A DNA stretch of 64,000 nt from Paraspadella gotoi (Eukaryota; Animalia; Chaetognatha). How positions within the stretch are numbered: the first letter of the stretch is position 1; each line of letters begins with the position of its first letter. Made by a program: the position numbers and the translations under genes. Below, in pieces: positions 1 through 12,465 of this stretch. The stretch spans positions 8,270,606 to 8,334,605 of the forward strand of contig CM119266.1 of NCBI GenBank assembly GCA_051294375.1, given 5' to 3'. The notes under the pieces are model-generated. The model was not told the DNA's origin. It worked only from the letters and a program-made list of their open reading frames with translations, and did not search any database.

Positions 1-15
1 AAGAGAGACGAGAGA

Positions 16-46
<31 letters not shown>

Positions 47-185
47 CGAGCGAGTTATACCCACCATTTTGTTTAGATAAAGAATAGCTTCCCCACAAGG
101 TTCAGTTACCTTGACAACGCAGACCTCGACTAGCAATCGACCGAACCAACTTTTTCCTTTCCTTTCAGACCGAAACGAACCACGC

Positions 186-224
<39 letters not shown>

Positions 225-352
225 CTCTCTCTTTCCTCCCTCCCCCCTCTCCGTCCCTCCCTTCTCTCTGCCTCTCTCCTGCTCTCTCGTCTATCTCTCT
301 CTCTCGTCTCCTGTCCTCTCCTCTCCATCTCTCTCTCTCTGCTCTCTCTCTC

Positions 353-391
<39 letters not shown>

Positions 392-493
392 TCCCTCCCT
401 GCCTTCCTCCTCCGCCTCCCTCCGCTCTCTCCGTCTCCACTCTCTCTCTCCCTCTCCCTCTCTCTCTCCCTCCCTCTTCCCTCCCTCCTCCAG

Positions 494-705
494 GTTCCTT
501 CGGCGAAGGATTGGAGAGCCACACTGTCGACTACGGCGGATTCTGTCTCCTCGACGCGATAGACGGTACATTCATTGTCGCGCCAGATAGCTTCGGCATA
601 TGAGGAGGGACGACGATTTCGGAGAGAAGAGGAGGAGGAAGCGCATGTTCGTCTGGGCGGTGGAGGACGATGAAGGTGTGTGGGGTGGGTGCGAGGGAGG
701 GGCGG
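494..705 (+). CDS. Possible upstream exon of the 1111-5524 gene, frame uncertain
   Basis: Pyrimidine tract + CAG acceptor at 493, GC-rich body, GTGAGT donor at 706 in phase 1 (matches exon 1111). Every frame has a stop; ATG at 600 (MRRDDDFGEK...) is open to the donor. Confidence 0.3.
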
Positions 706-1110
706 GTGAGTGGTTGTTTGAGCATGTGTGGGCGGGGGGGCATCGTTGCGTTTGGCAATCTCGCGCGGGGGACGCATAGGGACGGCGCTCCTATATCTGA
801 GATATCACGTTAGTGTGGCATTGCAAAAAATTGTCACCCCGCTTGTAAACACGATAGTTTCAGTTGTGACCCGTTGGCTCATTTAGTAAAGTCATCGGCC
901 CCTGACCATTAGGTACCGGGAACCGCCGTCAACCGCCCTGAGAGTTTCGAAAATCCCTCCAGGATCTGTCCCATTGGTGTCGAGGGGATTCACTTTGCTC
1001 CTTATCTGCATTCATTTTAATAACCCGACTTGAATTAATGTGTAATTTGTATGGCATTGCAACGTTAGTCAATCAATTTTCAAAATATGCAACTCATTTT
1101 ATTTTTCTAG

Positions 1111-1363
1111 AACCACCGCCTCCGGAAAACGGGGAACAACCGGAGGGAGAACCGGGCGAAGAACAACCGCCAGAACAACCGCCGGAACAACTGCCAGAAC
1201 AACCGCAAGAACCAAATGAAGAACAAAATGAAGTACAAAGAGAAGAACAAAGAGAAGAACAACCGGAGGAAGAGGGGGCGAACGTCTCGAGGATGAAGTC
1301 TGCGTCTGAGGAGAATTTCAATGGAGCTTATCTGACGGCGATGGAGAATAAGGAGAGGTTGGA

Positions 1364-1398
<35 letters not shown>

Positions 1399-1713
1399 TT
1401 ATTGTTTTGATTGAATTGATTGATTGATTGTTTTGATTGGATTGATCGATTGATTGATTGGATTGATTGAGTTATTTACAGTATTTAAGCCACTATTTAT
1501 TTATTTTTTTTTACTAATTTTTTTAAATATATTTAATAATTCAATAATTCTAGGGATCAGTTGTTTAGATTATTAAAATCATTACCAATGCCAATTATTG
1601 CTTGACTTTGGTTAATCAACTGAAATTATTTTAAAATTATCCCACTTATTGATATATTCAAATTTGACTGATTAATTCATTAATTGATTGAGACTAATTG
1701 ATCTATCCATCTG

Positions 1714-1796
<83 letters not shown>

Positions 1797-2293
1797 GTAG
1801 TCGGGCATTGCCTAGGTTCACCCCGCCTAGAATCATGACATTGTTCCCCCAACTTCACAACTGAAAGTGTCATGATTCTAGGCGGGGTGAACCTAGGCAA
1901 TGCCCGACTACATATCTATCTATCTATCTTTCTATTTAATCTATTCCAAGGGCCGAAAAAAACTACCAAGACGCTCTCGCCCTGCGGTCGACGGCCGGAA
2001 ACCTCGCGTCCAACCGACGAAAAGAAGCGGGCGACGAAGACGCGGAGGGCGAAGGAGCGGGCGAAGGGCCGGAAGCGGGCAAAGGACTCGGTCCGTCGCC
2101 CGACGCCCAAGAGATGTACGATCGAGCGATGAGGGAGAAGGAGAGGGCGGAGGAGAGCGAGAGGAAAGCGGAGGAATTGAAGGAGGAAGCGGACGGACTG
2201 TTGGAGAGAGCGAGGGAAGGGGGAGAGGGAGGAGCAGACGATGTGGGGCGAATGAACGTGACTGCGAATATCGAGACTCGGAAAGAGGGAGGT

Positions 2294-2346
<53 letters not shown>

Positions 2347-3885
2347 TAAGGTTATGCTGAAAGTACATAGAAGCCAAAGTAAAAAAAATTCTGAATGATT
2401 ACTTTATCATTGTAATCGAAAATCAAAGTATAATTTAATGAAAATTATTAAATAGTTAAGTTAAAACTAAATAATTACAATTTACTCACGGACAGAACCT
2501 CCGCTGTCCGACGTCTCCGACAGCCAACCTCCAGACAACGACCGGCTGCTGAAGGCGGCCGAAATGTCAAACCTACAGGCCGCGCGCATGTTCCAACAGG
2601 CGCTGTCCATGCAGGAAACGGCCGACAAGCTGTATACTAAGGCCGGCGCGGACGCCGTGGGCGGGGACGACGATGACAACGACGATGACGACGACGACGA
2701 CGTCGATGATTTGTCGGAGAGCGAAGCCTCGTTCGAAGGCAGAAGGAAAACGTATTGGGTACCTGAAAAACCGTTTGGCGGGCAAGTTGGCGGGAAAGTT
2801 GGCGGAAAAGTTAACGGGAAAATTGGCGGTAAAGATGGCGGACAAGTTCGTCCGAAACAGGAGAGAACTGTCGGCCAAAAAGTCCGTCGATCCGTGGGCA
2901 GGTCTGGGCCGTCCGGGGGCAATTTGGTTCCGTCGTACGGACGGACGGACGAAGATGAGGACGACGACGATAATTTGTCGGAGGGCGAAGCCTCGTTCGA
3001 AGGCAGACGGAAAAAGTATTGGGTACCTGAAAAACCGTTTGGCGGGCAAGTTGGCAGGCAAGATGGCGGGAGAGTTGGCGGCAAAGATGGCGGACAAGTT
3101 CGACCGAAACAGGAGAGAACAGTCGGCCAAGAAGTCCGTCGAGAGCCTGGAGATGATAGGGGATATCACAGAAATGACACGAGTTATGACAGGGAGGAGA
3201 GAAGGAAAGGAAAGTATGATCGCTATGACAACTATAGTCAAAACGCGTCTCATGAGGGGATCGTCTATCATTTTGAAGAGAATAGAATCGTGAATTATGA
3301 TAATAAATCCTTTAATGACACGACTTGTGAGAACGTCGAGCGCACGCACTTTAGAGATGGTAATGAAGTTTACCATGACATGGGTTATGACAATGCGGCT
3401 CCAGTTGACAGAAGTTTTGTTAGATTCTATGATAACGGGATTTCTCTTGAGACAAGTTATCATCGAACTGACAACCAAGCTCGAAATTACGGAACTTACG
3501 ACAACCAATCTCCTTATGACGGAACCTATGACAATGAAACTCAAGATTACAGATTTTATGACATCCAATCAACTGATAACAGAAGTTATGAAAACAAAGT
3601 TCAGGATCACAAAGCTTGCGACACCCAAGCTTTCCGAACTTTTTATGAATACGATAGAATCTATGACAACGAAGCTCAAGATTACATAACTTATAAAAGC
3701 AAAGCTCAGTATGGCAGAAGTTATGATAGAAGTTTTGTCAAAAAAGCGGAAGCCCGGGATTCGAACCCTGAGTTCAGAGATGTATTCGACTTGGGGAAAA
3801 GCAAAGAAATTTTGTTTGCCAACGACAAAGAGCAATGGAATTCGTGGTGAGAGAGAGAGTGAAAGAGAAAGAGAGAGAGAGAGAA

Positions 3886-3938
<53 letters not shown>

Positions 3939-5524
3939 AGAAGAAGAGAGAGAGAGAGAGATAAAAAGAAAAAGAAAGTGTGAATTGATAATAATAATGT
4001 GTGATGTTTTCTTTTTAATAAGGGGCGTTGAGGTTTCACAATTTTTAAAAATATATTTTGTGATTCGGTCATGTGTTACGTTCAAATTATCATTGTCAAT
4101 ATAAATTTGTAAGAATGTTGAGAGTTTAATTTTGTGACTTGCGCCAGAGATTCCATAACCGCCGCCGTGATCGCCTTTATGATTACCGTGTAATCAATAA
4201 TACTTTAATCAAGTTTTTTTAAAAAATTTTATCAGGCGAAATCATACGGAGTTGAATAACGTGAAATCTCTGAGTTCGAAGGACTTGACTGATTGGGTAA
4301 TTTAAATAATAAATGTTTAACCTTAAATGTTTTGTATATTATGAATGTTGTGACAAATACTTAAGATAATTTAAGATGTTCTTCGTCTTCGTCAAAAAAT
4401 TGAACAAAAAAAAAAATATATATTTTTTTATTTTAGGTTTTTTTGTTTTTTTAAGTTTTTGATCGATGTTTTTGTTTCTTTTTTTTTCTTTTGTTTTACT
4501 CATTGTTTTTCGATCTCTCTTCCGTCCGGATGTCAACCAATGTCTTTAGATTTTTCTTAATTTTTTTAAGATTTAAATCTATTTTGAATTTTTGATTTAT
4601 TTTCAGACTCGAGCGTCGAAAGAAAACTCCGAGGATTTTCGTGACACCGAGACTCCGCCGCCGAAGAGGAGGAAATCCTTCGTCGAAACGGACGGACAGA
4701 CGGACGAATACTATCTTCCTCGGACGGATGGACGGACGGGCGACTCGTTCTCTCGCGATCGAAAAGAAAGAAGTCCGGACAGATCGTTCTCTTTTGAATT
4801 TTCGACGTGTCGAAGCGGATTGTCCGTACAAAAAAATTCTCGCGCTCCGAGTTACGGACGAACGGACAGAGAGACATCCTCGCTTCATCGAATCAACGGA
4901 TCGACGGACTTTTTATCTTTTTCCGAATCTTCGTTTCACCGACGTCAAAGCGAGATGGAGACGAAATCTCTCTCCCATCTGTATCCGCCGAATGAAACGT
5001 CTGTTTCTCGTCGGTCACGCCGTCCAAGTTACAGACGGATGAACGGAACGCCCATCTCCGTTTCCTCGATTTGCGAGGAGAGATCATCTGTTTCCCAAAT
5101 CTCAATGAAACAAAATATCCGGGAGACAGATTTCGAAGATTTAGATCATCAAGGATACGGACGGACGGACAAAGATTTCCCCTCTGATGCCGCTTCGAAT
5201 CAAATTGACAGACGGATGGATCGATTGTCTGTTTCCGACGTATCTAGCATCTTAAACTGCGAACCTACAGACGGAACGTCTAAAGACAATGGTGGTGAGA
5301 CAGATTTTCCAAAGGACGGACAGATGGACGGATGGCCGGGGAAGGAGGGATGGATAGAGACGGATGGATGGATGGAGTTGGACGCCTCCAACGACTACAT
5401 CAATGGAAATATGGAGAAAGTGAAGAGGAGAAACCCCAGTGGTCAAGGCGAAGACTTTGATGGAATCGAGGACGAGAATGACGGGGGCGTGACACCTGAC
5501 CCGCGTGACAAGCGTACCGTGTGA
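1111..5524 (+). CDS. Multi-exon gene, acidic/low-complexity protein of unknown function, 5' end unresolved. Exons 1111-1357, 1951-2291, 2496-3846, 4236-4296, 4607-5524
   Basis: All four introns are GT-AG with consistent phases (2,1,2,0), joining ...AMENKER/AEKNYQDALALR...RKEG/EPPLSDV...EQWNSW/RNHTELNNVKSLSSKDLTDW/TRASKE...DKRTV*. The 61-nt exon 4236-4296 is needed to keep frame. No recognisable domain. Confidence 0.65.
1796..1912. mobile_element. 117-bp MITE with perfect 45-bp terminal inverted repeats (TGT...ACA), inserted in a (TATC)n microsatellite
   Basis: 1796-1840 TGTAGTCGGGCATTGCCTAGG...CATGACA is the exact reverse complement of 1868-1912; 27-bp spacer; TATC on both flanks. Confidence 0.8.
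2704..3143 (+). repeat. Intra-exonic direct duplication (~180-bp unit, two copies)
   Basis: 2704-2891 and 2968-3143 both encode DD.LSE.EASFEGRRK.YWVPEKPFGGQVG...GGKDGGQVRPKQERTVGQ.VRR. Confidence 0.9.
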
Positions 5525-5893
5525 CACGTGACCCGTCTGGGCAAGGAATTTATAATTAAGTTTTCGTGGATGATAACTGATAAGTTTAATGAAATGATCA
5601 TAATTATAATGGAAGTTTGTAATAAACGGGACTGGCTCGCGAAATTTTTTTTTTTTATTGAGTTTTAGGAAAAGACAACTTAAATTAATAGAATACATTG
5701 TAATGCTGATTGTATACATAGATTTACTTAGCGCCATCTCGTGAAAAATATTTCTATAGGTACTTAATTTTTTTAAATTAATTATTATCGTAAAATTTGG
5801 ATCGTGGGAAATTTATGAGATTCTTAATAGGTTATGGCTTCATGAAGGATGATTATGGAGTGAGGCTCGTTATTCATGCTTAATTATTTATTA

Positions 5894-5962
<69 letters not shown>

Positions 5963-6057
5963 GAGAGATAAGAAACTTTATAGCTATTAAATTACACAAA
6001 AATGCGGTTAAGACTTTCCACTTTTTTAAAAAATGACCTTCACCTTTTCTTTTTTTT

Positions 6058-6257
6058 CCACCGACTTTCCACTTTCAATAAGTTTGATTCCACTTTCCAA
6101 TAAACTTCTCTTTCTTTTTCCACCGACTTTCCACTTTCAATAAGTTTGATTCCACTTTCCAACAAACTTCTCTTTCTTTTTCCACCGACTTTCCACTTTC
6201 AATAAGTTTGATTCCACTTTCCAATAAACTTCTCTTTCTTTTTCCACAGACTTTCCA
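6058..6257. repeat. 62-bp minisatellite, about 3.2 copies
   Basis: CCACCGACTTTCC begins at 6058, 6120, 6182 and (variant) 6244; units near-identical. Confidence 0.92.
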
Positions 6258-6489
6258 ATTTCGACGCCGACGTCAATAAGAAAATTAAGGATTTCGAAAA
6301 AAGTGAGTTCACTATTGAAATTGCTCAACTTAAACAGTATTTAATATCGAAATATTTATTCGTTAGGTTAATTATTTTATGACAGTCTTAGATTTCTTCA
6401 TCTGCCGCGAAGCACGGTTGTCTTAGGCAGTGATTTCTATCGAGGAATTTAGCAAAAAAAAAATGAGAAGATAAAAATAACGAATTGCA

Positions 6490-7258
6490 CGAAGGATTAA
6501 ACTGATCTAGATAAAAGAATGATGTGGTAGACAACTCAAACAGTTCTCTAATCAAATTTAAGATATTTAAAATATATTTATGCAAATTTAAATGTTTAAC
6601 GTTTTGAGTCTTGTGTTTTTTTACTTTTTTTTTGTTTTGTTTATAGTACGAAGAACGAAACAAAAAAAGAAAACAGCACTATTTAACTAAGACGAGTTCG
6701 ACCAGTTTTGTCTAAAGATCAGTTTTCGCTGACGAGAATTGGAAAAAAAGAGTTTGTTTAACTGAATTGAAAACGACGACGACGACGACGACGACCGACG
6801 ACGACGAACCGACGACGAAAACGGCTACCGGCGGCTTCGGAAAGATGGACCCCGAAAACCAAATTTATAGAAAACTGAATTGAATCTTTATTTTAAACAA
6901 AAAAATAAAGTAAGATTAATGAAGAATATTTCTGATTCTTTTATGGTAATTCTATTTTGCTACCACCTCTACATTTATTTATTTAATTTATTATATTTAT
7001 AATTTCAAACGCTGTAAATTTAAAAAATTAAAATTAAAAATAAAATTAAAATGTTATTTTTGAGTAGTGTCTGTTCTTTTGTTTTAAAAGGTTGCAATTG
7101 CTTTTCTCGAGCTCACAGGAGGTAACAGATGCTTGGGATGTTACTAAGTGAGCAACAATAACATCGAACTTCAAATGGTAAGTCCATATTTCTGTACTTG
7201 GCTTATGGTTAAAGGTGAAGGAAGAGAAATATCGTGAAAAAAACCTGATTTTTTTGGG

Positions 7259-7349
<91 letters not shown>

Positions 7350-10300
7350 AGAGAGAAGAGGAGACAAAGTTGCTATCGCGTAATTCCCGGTAGAGAAATA
7401 CGAAACGGAAAATTCCTAAAAACGCAAAACGTTTTTATTCTTTTTTCCGAGTTAAGGAATGAATACCAATGAAGCAAAAACGCGGGCATTATGCATCAAA
7501 TAACAGAAACATCTTGTCTTTTTAATGTTCATTATTCTATCAGAGTATAAATCTGTTAAATCCGTCCAAGGCAAGCCGAGAACGAATACGGATGTGAGTC
7601 AAAAAAATGAGATGTGGGTCAGTCGAGGATCAATCAAGGTCAAAGAAGGGTCGTTCGTTTGGTCAAATCGTGGGTCAATCGTGTGGGTGTGGGTCACGTC
7701 AGTAGGATCAATTGATTTCTCACTTCTCGTTTTCTCCAATTCTCAAAATTTACATTAACAAATTAATAATCTTTTTTATTTCCAACTTTTTAAGTTTTTA
7801 TATTCTTTATTCTTTTTTCAGAATTCCTTCCATATTTATATTCTGGAACGAATTTCTCCGCTTTTCATGGCAACTTCACTTAATTTTCCTATATTTGCCT
7901 TTTTTGATCGTGACGCTTTTTTCATCCCCGTTCACTCTGCCCTGAAGTGAGCTCGCTTGAACTCACTCACTAACACGTTCAACCTTACCAAGCTCACTTC
8001 AACCTTGAACATGTTTCTTCTTTTGCCGAATTCTTCTCGCTCAACCTGACCAAGTGATCTCGGTTTCGCCTAACCTTACCTCATTCCTCCGGATGATAAA
8101 CTTACTTCGACGTGAGAAGAAGCGAAGAGGAAGAGAGGCGCGAAGGTGAGTGAGAGTTCGACTACTGTGTGTGGGGTGAGGAGGCGAGGATGGAGAGAAT
8201 CAGTTAAGTGGGTCGAATGGAATTTTAAGGAAATTTATTTGTTAAATCCCACTTAGAGGGAAAAAAGTTTTAACTATATATTAAAAATCTGATAAAAAAA
8301 AAACAACCAAAAAACATTTATTTCATTTTCTTAAATTAATTCAAGGGAAAAAATATTGGTGAAACTTAATATTTTTCGGGAGGGATTTGAACTAATTTTC
8401 AAAAACAAAGCTACCCAGCAGCCATAAACCCGATAGCATACACAACCTATAACATCTTAAATCTGACATTGTTTCATGAAATAAAATAATTAACCTTTTC
8501 TTTCAGCGTTGTCTTTGTTGACGTCGTCGTCATCAAGCGTCGTCGTCGTCGTTGACTTATTCTCCGCAGATTTTTGATCTGAAAACAATGAATCATGAAA
8601 ACGAACAAAAAAGACTAAAGACAAAATATTATTGACAAGAAAAAGAGAGAGAGAGAATATGAATATCAGCCACGAATTGCAAGGGAAATAAATGATTTCT
8701 GACAAACGAGGAAAGAAAAAGGTGAGAAGAGAGAAGTGAGAGAGAAGAGAGAGAGAGAAGAGAGAGAGAGAGAAGAGAGAGAGAGAGCCAGCGACAGAAG
8801 AGAAGAAAGTGGAAGTCGGCTGAAAAGCAGAGAAATTGTGAATAAAAGATTTCAAATTGGAAGAAAAGAAAGAGAAAAAAAGAAGAGAATAAAAAAGAGT
8901 AATTAAACAAAGAAAACGAAACAATATGTGATAAAGAATATGTGATAAGAATATGTTGAATTAGAAATTGGAAGAAAATAAGAAAAATGAATATTTTAAG
9001 AAAAAGATTTCGTTATCAGCGGTTAAAAAAGATGTTGCGTAATAGGAAAAAAACTGAATAACGTTTTTGAGAAAAAAGATCAAAATTCATTAAAATGAAT
9101 TTGAAATAAAAGAAAGAAATTAAAAATAAATCGCGGAGTAAAGTTGAAGAAAAAATGGCGGCGGAGAAAAGAGAAAATTGAGGAGAAGAAAAGAAAATAG
9201 CTGAAAGGAAAGAGCAAATGGGAAAAAGGAAAAAAGCAAATATGAGAAAAAATTGAAGGAGAGGAAACAGGAGATAAGAAAGTTTAAAAAACTACATGAA
9301 GGATACAAAGAAATGAGGAATAAAGAAAAGAACAAAAAAAAGCAAATGGCGGAAAGAAACTTTGAAAAAAGAAAAGAAAAATAAGCAAATTTAAGAAAAA
9401 GAAAAAACCAATAGACAAGTTCGTATATCCTATCACACTTAACTCAAATGAAATATCGTGTGAGACATTTTCATGAAGCGACGATTTCTCACCTCACTTC
9501 CTCCTCTTCTTCCCCTCCTGCCTCTTCTTCCTCTTCCTCCTGAGGCCTTTTCATGTCAAGGCTTTAAGATTCAAGGTTTCGTGAAAAACTTGTTTTTCTT
9601 ATTTGAAAAGACCGGGATCTTGCCTTGAGGTTCGAAGGCTTTTTAGTTGCGCCGCGAGTAACTCGCGCAGCAACACTATAAGTCACTTTTCGGTCGGTCG
9701 GTCGGTCGTCGATCGGTATAGTCTGTCTGTCTGTCATCCACTTACGTTAAAAATGCATATAATTCGCCTATATTATGGTTGTTCAAGAGAGAAAAACCTC
9801 AAATCTAAGAGGCTGCTATCGCCCTTCAGGAATTCCCTAAAAATTATAAAGAAATAAAGGACGGAATTTTAATGCAGTGCCTGGTCATAAGTTTTTAGTC
9901 ATGTTATATCATGTCATAATCACATGATCAAAATGAAAAAAATGCGTGAAAATAAATTGGAATTACCGTTCTTGTTTATTCATTCCTTAAAATTATGTAT
10001 TTATACTATTCGTTTTTTAAACTAAATTATATTTCTAAATTTCAAAAATTGATACTTTTTAAAAAAAATCGGTACGAAAGAGAATATTTTGCCGTTCACA
10101 GAGTCAGGTTTTTTATCTTTATTGAATTTTAACGGTTCGTTTGAATCCATTCCCGTGACATTTGGAAAAATAAACAATTCGATTCCGATATTAACTGTTT
10201 ATATATATAATTTTATTCAAATTTCTTTTTCTACAAAGCTTTTTTTTTTTCAATTAAGGCTGTTTGAGTCGGAATCCTACGTGGGCGTTTCTTATTTCCG

Positions 10301-10425
10301 TTCTGATCCGGGGATCTTCCTGGTCGCTGTGTCTCTGACCCTTAACATGATGCGGTATTGTTGTTCAATTGCCCTAATTCTCTCTCTCTCTCTCTCTCTT
10401 CTCATCTCCTTCTCTTCTCTCTCTC

Positions 10426-10476
<51 letters not shown>

Positions 10477-10611
10477 AGATCCGCCATCTTTAAGCTTTGT
10501 CAACTTCTTTCCTCCCTAGGCAAATTCAATTCCTCTTATAATAAATGCTTATAGAGGTTTAACAGATCGATAAAGGGCAGTGAATTCTATTTGGGTATTT
10601 TCAACAATGAA
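6490..10611 (+). repeat. Left arm of ~4.1-kb inverted duplication
   Basis: Collinear reverse complement of 12466-16642, e.g. 10472-10611 vs 12466-12604 and 6490-6540 vs 16590-16642. Confidence 0.93.
9640..9977 (+). mobile_element. Non-autonomous Helentron/DINE-1-like element (HINE), family A
   Basis: TTTTTAGTTGCGCCGCGAGTA(A)CTCGCGCAGCAAC palindromic head, then CTATAAGTCAC and GTCG/GTCT microsatellite; body matches the 31953-32273 copy; ends TTCTTGTTT. Confidence 0.7.
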
Positions 10612-10980
10612 TTTGGAAACTTTACTAACTATTAATTTCTTTTTTCCACTGAATAAATAATGAAACACCCTTTATTTAAAAAGACGGTTGGTTATAGTTA
10701 TCTTCTCTTTATAACATTAGAAAGTCACTAGGGTAATTTCTATGCTTCAAAATACGGTAAGACATGATTCTTTTTACGACGATCATTCCCAAATACGGGT
10801 ATCATCCTTAATTAAGAAGAACTAAAAACGATTTTTCAGGTAAGGACCCAACTTTTAGAGATTAAATGCTCGTGAAGATCTGTCACGTATTTTAGAATAT
10901 AGTACTGCTTAGCAAAAAAACGCATGCTATAGTATAAATTTTTTCCTTTATTCTACTTCTTTTCTTATTTACTTTTCTCT

Positions 10981-11215
10981 TTTAGATTTGAGGATTTTTC
11001 TGTGTTAACGAAATTGAGCAAACTAAACTACGTACAGGGAAATTATGTCATTTTAACGTAAGTGGACAGACCGACAGAAAAGTTATACATTATATATAAT
11101 TATATATATATTATATATATACTATAACTTATAGAGGTAAAATTTTACTTTTGCTGACTCAAAAATACTTATTTTAAAAGAAAGGTGCTCCGCGAGTACT
11201 CGCGGCGCAACTAAA
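10981..11215 (-). mobile_element. Degenerate HINE family A copy
   Basis: CCGCGAGTACTCGCGGCGCAACTAAA at 11190-11215, plus ATTTTAACGTAAGTGGACAGACCGAC and TTAGATTTGAGG blocks shared with other copies. Confidence 0.6.
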
Positions 11216-12440
11216 GATGGACGTATTGCGGCGGCCATTTTTGGTCAAATGATTTTTGCCTTGGATGGATCCGGAGACCTCTTTTTATTTCAAAACCCAA
11301 ACGATAGCTCGCAGTTTAAGATGATGTCTACCGACGTGATAGGAAACAAATCCGACATATCAAAAATACAAACTAAAAATATGTTTTCCCTCGCTTTCGA
11401 TCATAATTTTAAAATTGTTAGTTTGACAGCCAATAAGATATCTGGGTATAGCAAGTATGTTATAGTAATAGTTAATAGCATCCCTAAGAATGTCACCTTT
11501 TTAACCTAGATAAAAATGATCATTGTACTTGTTAGTATTCAGTTTGATTGTTATGTGGTCGATATGCCCTTTTATCACAATAGATCGGATCAGGCTGTAA
11601 CAATGTCCTGCCTCCACTTCTAAAGACCGTCCTAAATAGTTATTTTTGGCCTTTAGATCTCTACGAATCATTTTTCTCATAATACGAGAAATCTTCGGTA
11701 GCGTATGATTTTATTTGAAGTTTGGTTGCCAGCAGATTTAAAAAATCGACAGATTTTGCGGAAATTTTTTCCGCAAAAAGCTGTCGATTGAGAGAAATTA
11801 ATTTGCTGACGCTTTCCCTTTCAATAAAAGAAGGCGGTTTTTTTTAATTCGTCAACTCTAGTATGTTTCTCATCTATTAAAACTATAAAATAAGGAAAAA
11901 ACCGAGTTTTAGTTCAAATAAAACGCTCCTCACAAATCCTCACAAATTAAAAGTTGACTTAAAAATTTTTTTGCAGCTAAAGTATTAAATATTTCGCCCT
12001 AATTTTTTAGGTACCAGAAGCACCAACAATAGGGAATATTTGATTAGAATTGTGGACATTTGAAGTATTTTCGTTAACAAATTGTAATAAAATGTAAAAA
12101 GTAAGTTTTTTGACTAGTCAATTAAAAAATAATTCATTGGCAAACAATATATGACTAATGGAAAATGAACCAACTCAGAGTTAAAGAAGATAAGAAGGAC
12201 CCGAAATCCGGAGTAAAAAAATTTTTCTTCAATGATCTTGGCGTTCAAATCTCAAGCCAAAAGTCAAAATGGACAAAAATGGACATATTTTTTTATTAAA
12301 GAGCAAAAATGATATTGATTCTTGATTAGAAAATGCAGCAGATGATTTCAATTAATCCGTAGTCTAGCCAACTTTGTATTAGAGTTAAAATTTTAATCAT
12401 TTTTGTGGTAAAATTCTAACAAATAATTGAAAAAATGTGG

Positions 12441-12465
12441 NNNNNNNNNNNNNNNNNNNNNNNNN
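12441..12465. other. Assembly gap (25 N)
   Basis: N run. Other gaps at 12606-12790 (185 N) and 45883-45901 (19 N). Confidence 1.

Noticed and set aside
494-675. Stop-codon readthrough or alternative genetic code in the first exon-like segment
   Set aside because: The RhoGEF and LRR genes translate with the standard code; an indel error or UTR is simpler.
6058-6257. CRISPR-like appearance of the 62-bp and 51-bp arrays
   Set aside because: Head-to-tail units with no unique spacers, no cas genes, eukaryotic context.
7091-8145. Exon-like segments with strong donors inside the inverted arm
   Set aside because: The two arm copies disagree by indels, so no reading frame can be supported.
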